Positions 26,523 through 37,870 of a stretch of DNA of 64,000 nucleotides are shown in pieces. Made by a program: the position numbers and the translations under genes. The notes under the pieces are model-generated. The model was not told the DNA's origin, made no database searches, and worked only from the letters and a program-made list of their open reading frames with translations. Position 1 is the stretch's first letter. Each line of letters starts with the position of its first letter. Source of the DNA: Chiloscyllium plagiosum (Eukaryota); NCBI RefSeq assembly GCF_004010195.1, contig NC_057758.1, forward strand, positions 809,029 to 873,028. Direction: 5' to 3'.

Positions 26523-26939
26523 GCTTTAGATTCGTCCCATCATCCAGAGATGTGCTAATGAGATGGATCAGCCACGCTAAATTTTTTACGATGGATGCAG
26601 ACTACGTGTTTTTACTATTAGGAATGCAATGTAGTAAGGATGAGTTGTTTCTGCGTGGGATGATCTTTAGTAAGTTAGTGTTTCATGTTTTGTTTGAAAG
26701 TATTTATCGTCAACTTCCATCTAAATGTAAGCATTGTGATAGTCCGACATTGTGAAAGCAGGTCGATCGACCCATCGAATACACTAACTTACTAAAGATC
26801 ATCCCAACCAGACCCAACTCATCTTTACTACCTTGCATTTCCAATAGTTAAACCACGTAGTCTGCATACATTGTAAACAATTTAGCGTGGCCGATTCATC
26901 TCATTTGCACGTCGCTGCATGATGGGACGAATCTGAAGC
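26523..26939. repeat. Inverted repeat, ~160-bp arms and ~100-bp spacer, derived from a degraded HE1-like SINE (minus-strand copy extends to ~27065)
   Basis: 26523-26681 matches the reverse complement of 26781-26939, including a perfect 26-bp stretch tgggatgatctttagtaagttagtgt. Confidence 0.9.
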
Positions 26940-27069
26940 AACCGAATGAAACATACACACAGACACGTGGAGAATGTGCAAATTCCAGAGAGATAGTCGT
27001 CCAAGGCTCGAACAGAAGCCGGGTGCCAGGCAATATGAGGCAGTAAGGCGAACCACTGAGCCCACTATA

Positions 27070-27990
27070 CTCCTCCAAAGGCTTCTGCCTTTCAATGTCA
27101 AACTATGCCCCCTTGTCATTGACCCTTCAAATGAGGGTAGCAGCTTCTTTATGCACACTCTGCCCGTGTTCCTCATAATCTTGTATAACTCAAAAAGGTT
27201 TCCCCTCTAATTTCTCTGCTCCAAAGAAAACAGCCCGAGTATGTCAAGCCTCTCTTTGGAAGTAGGCTGCTCTTTTGCACATAGAAAAGTGCAGCGCAGG
27301 AAGAGGCCCTACTGCTCACCATACGTGACCAAACAACGATGCCGTTGTAAATTGCTCCCATCTGCCTGCATATTGCCATTATCCCAAGAAACTCTGCATG
27401 TTCCTGCGTCTGTTTCAATGCTTTTGCAACATATCCTTTTCTCCCACTTCCCCGGCAATGTGTTCCAGACACTTACCACCTTCTGCGTAAGACTCTTACC
27501 TCACATATTATCTCCACATGTTTCCCCCCTCACCTTTATTTTCTGCCTACTCGTCTTTGCCATTTCCCCCAGGATATAGATTCAGGCTAGGTAATCTATC
27601 CACTTTTCTCAACATATTATGTAGTTCTATAATTTCGCCTCCGGGTCTGACACTTCAACGAAAACATTCTAAGTTTGTCCAAATTCTCCTTATTGCTGAT
27701 ATCCAACCAATACGAGTAACATGCTGGTGAACCCTTTTCCCACTCTCTGCAAAGCCTCCACATCCTATCTATACTGTTGTGACTAGAAATGCGCACAGTC
27801 CTCAAGCTGTGACCGAACTGAACGCCTACAAAGCAGCTAAACTGCTGCAATAAAAATACCATCAATATCCGTTGACCATTTTGCCCTCCCTCCTATCTGT
27901 CACTATTTTGAGATATTCATTTGAACATAAAATGAGCCATGTATAATCAGTGCTTGTCAGTGTCATCCAGTTTTATGCACATACTTGAGA
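27070..27990 (-). mobile_element. Degraded CR1 3' fragments
   Basis: Minus-strand NKENLDKLRMFSLKCQTRRRN; CR1 3' UTR motifs. Confidence 0.65.
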
Positions 27991-28117
27991 AAACAGTGGC
28001 TTCAGGCTCATTGGATTGACGCCATCAAATCGAGCCTGAATTCCTTCAAGGACAGATTACTCCAGTACGAAATTCAAATGTTTTCCAGCGTTGTAAGTTG
28101 CCTTTTCTTCATTCATG

Positions 28118-28242
28118 TCACAAACGTACGCAACACACTTGAAAGAGTGGGCATCCCCCATTGACCATAGCCATTCCGGCACGGGTGTCGCATGGTTTCT
28201 TACTGCAGTAACTTTTTTCTAAAACGCATGAAAATAATGGAG
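28118..28242 (-). CDS. Beta-defensin exon 2 (mature peptide)
   Basis: Branch-like ctaat plus acceptor ttttttcttcatttactctgtatcctag|CT (phase 1); (T)PLFSCVLEKSYCSKKPCDTRAGMAMVNGGCPLFQVCCVRL*; C-x6-C-x4-C-x12-C-x5-CC; no repeat similarity seen. Confidence 0.88.
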
Positions 28243-29639
28243 CTAGGATACAGAGTAAATGAAGAAAAAAATGTTATTAGTTTGATACAGCAGGACGTCC
28301 ATTTGCATTCTCATAGACGTTCAAAAAGCCAGAGTAAAGCAAATTGCTACCTCCCTGTTCTAATCAGAAGTTATTGATGTAACAACAGTTCAGATTGCTT
28401 TAACCGTGTTCTGATAACTGTTTGTGAAGCCCTGAACCATGTACAGTGGTTATAATATTGTCATAGCTGGTGCAAAACTGAATGATATGTCCCCATTGTC
28501 GAGAAGCTAGGAAAGAGAGACAATGAGGTTCTCGAACAGTTTTTTTTTGGCAAGGAGTGAGACGGCATGGGAAGCTTTGACGGGCTTCAAAGTGGACAGA
28601 TCCCCAAGTCCGTAATTCAGAAACGTCTTTATTCACAGAGTTGTCAGGATATGTAACGTGCTGCTGTGGGATCGTAATGTAGGCGAATTCCACGAGAGAG
28701 TGAGTCTCAAAAGAGAGTCAGATATAGGTTTGGCAGGGTCGAACGGGGAAGGACATGGAGATACAGACGAAAAATGAGAGCAGTTGGGCAACTCTTTTAG
28801 GAGCCGGGAAAGAGACGCTGGGTTAAATGTCCTCCTGTTGTATGGTAAACTCTATGATACTGACATGATGAAAAGCTGAACAAATGCTGCCCAGTTAGTG
28901 ACAGTTTCAAGACCGGTGTGAAAGGACGTGATGGACATAGTTCCTTTTAGAGGAGGTACTTTATCTTCGGGACCAGGCATATTGAAGCACAACTAAAAAT
29001 GACAGCATCAAGCATTGAAGATCAGATATGGAGGAGCTCAGATATCGTGAAAGTTTTCAAACAGGAGCGAATTGCAGATAACAGAATAATAGTTGGAGCA
29101 GCAGAAGTGGGCGGTGCATGCCATCTGTCTCTTTTGCATTTCAATGAGATCGTGGTTTTTTTGATAAGCCTCAGGTACATTTTCTAAATTTTTCCTGATC
29201 ATTTTCGATTTCCCTCCTTATTAAAAATCGACATGTCTGTCTGGCCACGGAACCCTCTCCAGTGTGCCTGCAATGTCGGCGCGCATTTCCTCAGAGGAGG
29301 GTCCCAGAGCTGTTCTCAGCATTCCAGTTCTACTCCGAATGCAGTCTTCTACAGAGTAGAATTTTCGGACAGCCTCCTGATTTCCATGGTTCATTCCCTT
29401 TGAAATGAGATTCGGACAAAGACTTTAAGCAATTCTCAAATCAACCTGCTCAGCCATGTTATTACAAACCTCTGGAACAGAAAGGAATTAAACACAGTTC
29501 TTCCTGAAGCAGCAGTGAGGGCTCTACCACAGCACTTCAAAAGCCCACGGTCAGTAAGCTGCATCATGTCAATGGGACATCTGAGGAGAAAGGGAACAAC
29601 TGTTTGACTATCATTATTTTAAGAAAATTTGAAATCAAC

Positions 29640-29835
29640 TCAGAGAACGTGGGGACTGCAGATACTGGAAATCAGAGTCGAGACTGTGTTCCTGGAAAAT
29701 CACAGCAAGTTAGGCATCATCCAAGAAACAGGAAAATCGATGTTTCGGGCATAAGCCTGATGCCTGAACAGTCGATTCTCCTGCTAATTGGATGAATCCT
29801 GACCGGCTGTCCTTTTCCATCAACACACTCTCTGT
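29640..29835. mobile_element. Short Penelope terminal-repeat-derived element inside the defensin intron
   Basis: ggactgcagatactgga..ggaaaatcacagcaagttaggcatcatcc..cgatgtttcgggc..ttccatcaacacactc. Confidence 0.7.
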
Positions 29836-30052
29836 CATTATTTGGGATTATGGACAGGCTCGGAATTCTGATTGGTAGCTTTCTCAGTAGAATCCTTTTA
29901 CTCTTCCATGATAAAAAAAAGAAAAAGTAGGGTGAGCTGAACGAATGAACAAATGTGATCCAACCGAACAGCAGTACACACCGAAATACCACAGTGGCCC
30001 CTGTTCCAAACTGTAGTTTCCGTATTTTCCAATGGGAAGATGTACAAACATC

Positions 30053-31177
30053 TTTCCCCATGGTAGGCTTATGCGGAAAGTCAGGAGGCATGGAATAGAG
30101 GGAGATTTGGCCAGTTGGATAGAAAACTGGCTAACCGGTCGAAGTCAGAGAGTGGTGGTAGATGGTAAATATTCAGCCTGGAGCCCAGTTACAAGTGGAG
30201 TTCCGCAGGGATCAGTTCTGGGTCCTCTGCTATTTGTAATTTATATGAATGACTTGGATGAGGGAGTCGAAGGGTGGGCCAGTAAATTTGCAGATGATAC
30301 GAAGATTGATGGAGTTGTGGATAGTGAGGAGGGCTCTTGTCGGCTGCAAAGGAACTTAGATATGATGCAGAGCTGGGCTGAGGAGTGGCAGATGGAGTTC
30401 AACCCTGCCAAGTGTGAGGTTGTCCATTTTGGAAAGACAAATAAGAATGCGGAATACAGGGCTAANNNNNNNNNNNNNNNNNNNNNNNNNNNNNNNNNNN
30501 NNNNNNNNNNNNNNNNNNNNNNNNNNNNNNNNNNNNNNNNNNNNNNNNNNNNNNNNNNNNNNNNNNNNNNNNNNNNNNNNNNNNNNNNNNNNNNNNNNNN
30601 NNNNNNNNNNNNNNNNNNNNNNNNNNNNNNNNNNNNNNNNNNNNNNNNNNNNNNNNNNNNNNNNNNNNNNNNNNNNNNNNNNNNNNNNNNNNNNNNNNNN
30701 NNNNNNNNNNNNNNNNNNNNNNNNNNNNNNNNNNNNNNNNNNNNNNNNNNNNNNNNNNNNNNNNNNNNNNNNNNNNNNNNNNNNNNNNNNNNNNNNNNNN
30801 NNNNNNNNNNNNNNNNNNNNNNNNNNNNNNNNNNNNNNNNNNNNNNNNNNNNNNNNNNNNNNNNNNNNNNNNNNNNNNNNNNNNNNNNNNNNNNNNNNNN
30901 NNNNNNNNNNNNNNNCAGAGTGTTACAAGGGGACATAAATTTAAGGTGAAGGGTGGAAGGTATCGGGGAGATGTCAGGGGTCGGTTCTTTACCCAGATAG
31001 TGGTGGGGGCATGGAATGCGTTACCTGTGGGAGTGGCAGAGTCCGAATAATTGGCGAACTTTAAGTGGCAATTGGATAGGTACATGGATGGGTGCTTAAG
31101 CTGGGACAAATGTTCGGCACAACATCGTGGGCCGAAGGGCCTGTCTCGTGCTGCATTGTTCTATATTCTATGTTCTA
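30053..31177 (+). mobile_element. Young 5'-truncated CR1 inside the defensin intron (antisense to the gene), spans a gap
   Basis: PHGRLMRKVRRHGIEG..SGVPQGSVLGPLLFVIYMNDLD..SKFADDTKI (RT); (ttctatg)n tail. Confidence 0.95.
30466..30915. other. Assembly gap (N run)
   Basis: Ns. Confidence 1.
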
Positions 31178-31207
31178 TCTGTATGTAAGATTAATGGAAA
31201 AACGTAC

Positions 31208-31268
31208 TAGCTGTCGCGGGTTCCATTAATACCAAAGCTCCAAGCAGCAAAAGCAGCACGTTGAACAT
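31208..31268 (-). CDS. Beta-defensin exon 1 (signal peptide)
   Basis: ccatcATG (A at -3); MFNVLLLLLGALVLMEPATA plus A|gtacgt; the phase-1 donor matches the phase-1 acceptor at 28242; A-x-A cleavage motif. Confidence 0.82.
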
Positions 31269-31290
31269 GATGGTTGTGCTTCTGAGAGTG

Positions 31291-31327
31291 AGAATGATAA
31301 GACAGGAACATAGCTACACTTTTTATG
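31291..31327 (-). promoter_or_regulatory. Candidate core promoter of the defensin gene
   Basis: CATAAAAA (31327-31320) about 32 nt upstream of an Inr-like TCATTCT (31297-31291); the same pyrimidine stretch could instead be a splice acceptor for an upstream non-coding exon. Confidence 0.4.
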
Positions 31328-32429
31328 AGCTCACAGAATATGCTGGTGGTTTTAATCATTGACACAATATCGACTGCCTCCACTTGTATTCTATTAAGAC
31401 TTAAATCACGAACTGAAACGGACGACAACTGAAATCAAATATTAAAGCTGTATCCTGGACTATCGATTTACAATCCAAAAACAAATGCAGGCCTGACTAA
31501 TGATTGAACTGAACGAAGATCGTAATCAATTTCATACTGTAACAGGAAGAAGCCACTCATTCCCTCGAGACAGCGTAACCACTCTATAAGAACAAGGTTG
31601 ATCTATGGGATAACTCCACATGGTCGATATTTTTAATATCCATACTTGTTTTTAAAAAAGAAAACCACTTCAGTTGTAAATTTAAGAACGTAAAGTGACC
31701 ACCAAATAAGTAAGTCAAAGTTAAAACTCTGAAATTCTTTCTACCTAGAAATGCCTTCTACCATAATTCCTGAATAAATTGGCCTTCATTATTAAGAGAT
31801 TGACATGGCCGAAATCAGAAATTATTTTCTGTCCCTGGTTGATTTTTGAGAAAGTGAAGATAAATGATTTTTTTGAACTGTTATAGCTCACATGATGTCC
31901 GTAGACACAATATCGTTGGGTGGTGTGATGGGGGTGATGGGGGGAAGTGAGGATAAAATTTCAAAACTTTTATTCCACTGCATTTTTCACGTCAACCTCA
32001 ACCTGTGAAAATAGCTTTTCATAATCGATGTTGTCTCTCTAAGTTACCACCAAGAACATTTCGATTATATCAGCGCAAGCTTCGTCCAGTTTGAAAACTT
32101 GAAGATTTAGAATTGAAGATCCTGATCTTTTAAAATCCAATTTCTGCGAGACGATTTCTATCTATCTGAATGAGAGCTGACACGTCACTTCCTGAACTAA
32201 CTGAATAAAACTTATTCCAAGAGCGACAGCCTCGTCTCCACATCTTATTACTCCTTCACAATTGTAACTTGTCTGATGGACAGAGAGGGCAGGCAATGGC
32301 AAGACCCCATTGTCGACCAAGTTACAATCAAATTGTCGTGTTGTATGCCAAACGGGACTGCAAGGTTCACACATCACCTCGCCAACTGCAAGGCCTAGGA
32401 AAGCTGCACTTTCAGTCAGTTCAATATTG

Positions 32430-33440
32430 TGACTGCCTGGGCCCAGCATTTATTGCTCATCCCTAGTTGCGCCTCGAGAAAGTGATGGTCGAACCACTGC
32501 AGTACCACGAGCTATAGGTAGACCGGGAGCGAGGGAAATCAAGACTTTGATCCAGAGACACTGAAGGAACCGCAATACAGTTGTGAGTCAGAAAGGTGAA
32601 CTGCTTTAAGAGGAACTCCAAGGGGATTATGTTCTTATACAACATAAATGAGTATAGCAGAGAAACGCCGTTCAGCCATTCATGTTTGGACCAACCATCA
32701 TGGTATTTTAAACGTATCACATTTTCCTACTATCCCTCTATTACTTGTTTGCTTATGTGTCTGTTTTCTGCCTTTTGCTTCTAGATCTTAGTGGCTGTGG
32801 TTTTGCAAAATGTCAACGAAGAACCCTTGAGTTTCTGAACAATGCCTTGTAGACAGGACACTTCGACTGATCGTGAATGTTGGAGAGAGTGAATGGCTAT
32901 GGATGTAATGTCAATCCTATGGGCTGCTTTGTCCTGGAAAGTGTCGGGCCTCTCAAGTATTGCTGGAGCTGCATTCATGTAAGAAAGCTTGGAAGTGCTG
33001 CATCACACTCCAGATGGTTATGGGGGTTTTGAATGCGAGATAGTTGCTGCAGAGTTCCAACCTTCTGAACGGCACGTTTAACCACTGCATGGAGTAGTTC
33101 AATTTCAGGTCAGTTGTAAACGCCGAGCTATCAATACTGGGCAATTTAGTGACTGCAGTGCAGTCAAGTCAAGTGGTCTTGATTAGATTATCCCTTTTCA
33201 GAGGTCGTCATTGTCGGGCAGTTATGAAAGTTGAATGCTGCTGCCAGTTATCAACCCAAATCAGGATGTGCCCAAAAGTTGTTGTCTTTCGAAATCTTGA
33301 GTCAGTATCTGAATGATGCTTGATATTGTGTAGTCATGAGCGAACATCCCACGTCTTTCCTTACGATGCAGGTAAGGCCCTAGAAGGTAAGGCCCCATAC
33401 AGGTGAAGATGGTTGGGCCGAGGGCAGTTGTAATGTTTGA
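32430..33440 (-). mobile_element. Old non-LTR (CR1/L2-group) 3' remnants
   Basis: cagcatttattgc(c)catccctagttg..gagaa(g)gtg motif, also seen at ~61340 and ~63735; degraded ORF follows. Confidence 0.6.
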
Positions 33441-33776
33441 CAAGTTGTTCAGAAAATTAGCATGTGCAACATTTCTGCAGAGAATCTATCAGGAAAACAG
33501 TTAGGCAAGAATTTTTTTTTACATTTTGACCAGGCAAGTTGACACTGGTTGGTTAATGCCTACGGCTGACCCTACAAACTTTGTTGGTTAACACAGGCAT
33601 AATGCTTAATCTGTTTTTAATGTTTGCGAAGGTTGGGCCACTGTCTCTCAATGTACATCGCTTGAAGCACGTACTAGTAAGCCTGACTAGTAACCCAAAT
33701 GTCAATCTTAGATTATTTGCTCGTGTCATTGATTGCACCATCGGGTTTGATGAGCACTTGCTGTTGAACGGTGTCG

Positions 33777-34108
33777 TGTTTTGGGATCAGGCCCCGATCC
33801 CCTCAAAACATCTCAAGAAAATATCCCAGACTCTACCCTTTCCAGTTGTTTTAACCAGGCGTATAGTGTACGCACCAGGAGAGATACCACTATTCAAACC
33901 ACTTCGTGATTTGGAATAAAAATATTTTTTTCCAATATTAACGAATTAAACACAAATGAAAGAGAACAGAATACCACAAAAAAATTAGCCTATCAGAGGC
34001 CAGAAGCCCAACCGACCCCACCACCTTAATGACACTGTTGCAAACACTTGCCACCGACCACAGAAACACTCTTTGGCACTACAGGAAAAATCAAACTCAG
34101 GGTTTGAC

Positions 34109-34141
<33 letters not shown>

Positions 34142-34452
34142 GAGATTACCATCATGGATCTGCTTCTTTGGGTCCAGCATTGTCAAAACGCTACTCCTTG
34201 CTCACCTTAATGAAGAGTAGCCGAAAAAGTTCTGCTGGGAGAACTGGGCATTCTCTTTTCAGTGTACAAACGGTTTTTTTTTCCAAGTAACACTAAAAAT
34301 CCTGACGACTGAGGCAGTAACTGTTAGCTATAATCAAACCCACCCTAAAACCCTTCGAATCCCGAACTTCTTGGAGTTTGTGTCTGTTACGGTCTCCTGA
34401 AAAAAAAATTGCAAGAGCATCATAATCTTCTTAAAGAAGCAGCATCGTCATG
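33777..34452 (-). mobile_element. Solo Gypsy-type LTR
   Basis: Minus strand starts (ca)tgacgatgctg and ends gttttgaggggatcggggcctgatcccaaaaca, resembling the LTR ends at ~46430 and 50273; contains (GA)n. Confidence 0.6.
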
Positions 34453-35224
34453 CCTCAAACCCTAAAAAAAAGCCATCAATTTCCAAGGATCGTTTCATGT
34501 TTAAAACACCTTAAATGTAAACTTTTTGTAATCTAAAACACACAAATACATTACATTGACAATAATCATTCAAATATGCGCTACTAAAGTTTGTTTCAGT
34601 CTATTTCACTCCTGCCACCAAATGCGTGTTTCTCATTCAAGCTTCACGAATGTATCAGTAATCTTGTTTTCTCATCCTGGCACATGCACAACTTTCAAAT
34701 TCAATAGCTGTAACAACAAGCTCCGTCTACGAATCTCACCCAGAGACATTTGCACACATTATCGTCTCTGGCAACAGAGTCACGGGCTGTGTTCAATCAA
34801 GATCTCATTCAGTTCCAGGTTTGGAAGCTAAGCAGACCAGTATGGTAATCGATGGCGTTTCTCAAACATTACTGCCCAACAGTACACACTCCAGTCAGTG
34901 ACATTTTGCTAGCCGAATCTCCATTAGTAAACAGACCCCTGAATCCAGCCCATCTGCATGCCTATTGCCCGTGCCCACACAGCTATTCTGAGCAAGAATG
35001 TTAATTGTGCTCACTCTCTCTCTCTGTCCTCTCAATGTGCCTGTCTCTGTGTAAGTCTATCTTCTGTCGCTCAGTCATTCACTCTTTGTCTCTTTCTCTA
35101 TCTCAGACACACTCTCTGTCTGTCACCCACTGTCTGAATTTCTCTTGAAAACGGACTATTTCTTTCAGTTTCTCATTTTTTTTCTTCTGAACATTCGATC
35201 TTTGTCTCACTCCATGTCAAATAT

Positions 35225-36400
35225 TCTATCAATCATTCGAGAACGTACAACAGAAAACAACGGCGCAGTACAGACCCTTAAGCCCTCAATGTTGTTTTAT
35301 TCTACTCTAAGGTCAGTGTAACCTGCATCGTCTTCATTTTAATAAAATCCATGTGCCTGTCCAAGAGTCGCTTATATGTCCCTAATGTATCTGAGTGGTG
35401 CTGGAAAAAGCACAAGTCAGGCAGCATGTGAGGAACAGGAAAATTGACGTTTCGGGCAAAAGCCCTTTCTCAGGAATGAGGCTTGGAGCGTCGGGTTGGA
35501 GAGATAAATGTCAGTTGGGACAGTGGGGAAGGTAGCTGAGAGTGCAATAGGTGGATGGAGGTGGGTGTGGAGGTGATAGGTCGGAGAGGAGGGTGGAGCT
35601 GATAGGTGGGAAGGAAGATTGACGGATGGGACAGGTCAGGATTCTGTGCCCTATAGCTATCTGTGGCAAGCAGTAGCAAGCATTTGAAAGCTTCTCAGAG
35701 ATGACGTTCTTCCTCATCTCTGTATTCAATTGTTGATCCTTTATTCTGAGACTTTAATACTTGACTGCCCCCCATGAGGGAAATCAGCCTGACTCCCCCC
35801 CTTAATAATCCTGCGTACTTTACATTAGAACATATTCATTCTTAAAAACACCAGTGAGTTGAGACCTAACTGCGTTAAACTTTGCTCATAAAATAATCCA
35901 TTCATAACAGGAATATTGCAAGTGTACCTTCTCTGAACTGTTGAAAATGATAGAACCTTTCCTTCGATAAGGGGACTAAACTGTTCACTCTACTCCATAT
36001 TTGGTCTCACCAGCCCCTTTTGCATCTGCAATTCCCTACTGCTTTACTTCAATGCCCTTGAAGTAAGAGACAACAAAATATTCACCATTCTGACTACATT
36101 TTTTTTCCTGTGTGCAAGCTTTTTTGTGCTTTTGCACGTAAGTACTCCTACGTATTGTAGTTTTCTCCATTGAAATAACATTTCGTTGTTTTGTTCTTCT
36201 TCCAAAGGAAAGAACAGCTTCTATTCTTCTCATATGATATACCACTTGATTATCTTTTGCCCACTGACTTAACTTAACTCTTGATAAACTGTTTGTATCC
36301 CTCTCACAATCTGCCTTTCCACCTTTTGTTATATCGTCGACAATTTTGGCAATAGTACGTTTATCTCCATTCATACAATTCTGGCCCCAAATTGTCCAGC
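35225..36400 (-). mobile_element. CR1 tail, Penelope 3' end (35395-35640) and old CR1 fragment
   Basis: CR1 tail motifs; gctggaaaaagcacaagtcaggcagcat..gacgtttcgggcaaaagccc; IAKIVDDITKGGK-like RT remnant. Confidence 0.7.
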
Positions 36401-37339
36401 TCTCTCCTGACCCAAGCTGTGGTAATCCTAAGGTGATACCACTACAATTTGTCTCCTAATTGTTAAACATTGCTCATGAGCTTTTGTCGTTTTCTTCAGT
36501 GATTACCTTTGAAGCGGAACCAGTCGCCCTCCTGTCTGACATTCTTTCTGAAGCTGTTTGGAATTTGTGCCCTCACTTTGAACCAACAGGTTAAATATTG
36601 TCTGAATTGCAGCAAGCCATCAGGAAGGCAAATGATACGTGAGCGTCCGTTGCTCCAGGATGAGAGATCAGATTGGGATGACATGTGTAAGCTACATAAG
36701 AGCGTGGTGAGACCACACCGAGGACACTATTTGTATTTTTGCTGTCTTTAACTCAAAGAGGATATTCTCATCATAGACGGATTGATCATCGAGACTGCTC
36801 CGGCACTCAATATGATGGTTCATATTGAATCATCCCAAAATCGACTTTTTTGTCTATTCCCCAAAACCGTCGATTCGCTCCCTGTTTTAGAATACTTGGA
36901 GAGACTTAAAGACACATCCTCTGTGGCCTTCTTCTTCTCCAAATACTCTAGAAGAGAAGAAATTCCATTTCATATCTGACTTAAATTGGTGACACCGCAG
37001 AGTAAGAAAATGCTCTCTGCTCCAAGGTGCTGTCAGACAAGAGACAACAACTCTTCCTCATCTACCAAGTCGTCTTTCCTCAGATCTTGTATTTTCAATA
37101 ATTTTAACTCTCATTCCTCTGAAGCCCAATGTGTACAGGCCGAAGGTCAATTTCACCGCATCTGACAGACGTTTTGTATTTGGAATAAAACGTAAGAACC
37201 ATCTCATTAGAAAGAAGGGCAAATGGGCTCAAGGTCCATCAGAGAAGTTGGAGCGTGGTCTTCCTCAGCCATTGACTGTCTGTACCTGGACTAGCTCTTT
37301 AAGTAGAAAGAGAAATGCTGGGCAGAGCTCTTGCTCTCA

Positions 37340-37870
37340 TGTGACAGCACTTGAAGTATCGCTGACAGTTCTGGTTGCCGCATAATATGACGAATGTCGA
37401 AGCTTTGGAAAGTGTTCAGAGGAAAATTACCAGGAAGTTGCCTGGTATGGAGGGAAAGTTTTATGAGATTGGTCTGAGGGACTTGAGGCTGTTTCGTTCG
37501 AATGAAGAAGGTTGAGAGGGAGCTTAATAGAGATATGTAAATGATCATAAAATTGGATAGTTTGGACAGTGAGAGCCTTTTTCTTCGCAAGGTGATGGCT
37601 AGCATGAAGGGACATAGCTTTAAATTGTGGGGTGATAGATGTAGGACAGAGATCAGAGGTAGTTTCCATACTCAGGAAGTAGACAAGACCCTACCTGCAA
37701 AAGTAGTAGACTCGCAAACTTCAAGGGGATTTAAACGTTCATTGGTTAAACATGGATGATAGTGGACTACTGCAGGTTAAGTGGACTTCTGTTTTGTTTC
37801 ACATGTCAGCGCAACATGAGAGTCGAAGGGCCTGTACTGCACTGTAGAGTTCTATGCTCTACGTTCTGTG
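37340..37870 (+). mobile_element. CR1 3' fragment
   Basis: MIIKLDSLDSESLFLRKVMASMKGHSFKLWGDRCRTEIRGSF; gttctatgctctacgttct tail. Confidence 0.85.

Noticed and set aside
29955..30052. Minus-strand DVCTSSHW..FGTG/PLWYFGVYCC next to the CR1 junction
   Set aside because: Needs two W>C changes and a frameshift, is truncated by the CR1 and has no acceptor
30032..31109. Long ORFs of 170-320 aa in the track here and at 49309-50350
   Set aside because: Artefacts of N runs inside CR1 elements
37298..37385. Minus-strand CGNQNCQRYFKCCHMR
   Set aside because: Antisense of the CR1 HLEYCVQFWSP region
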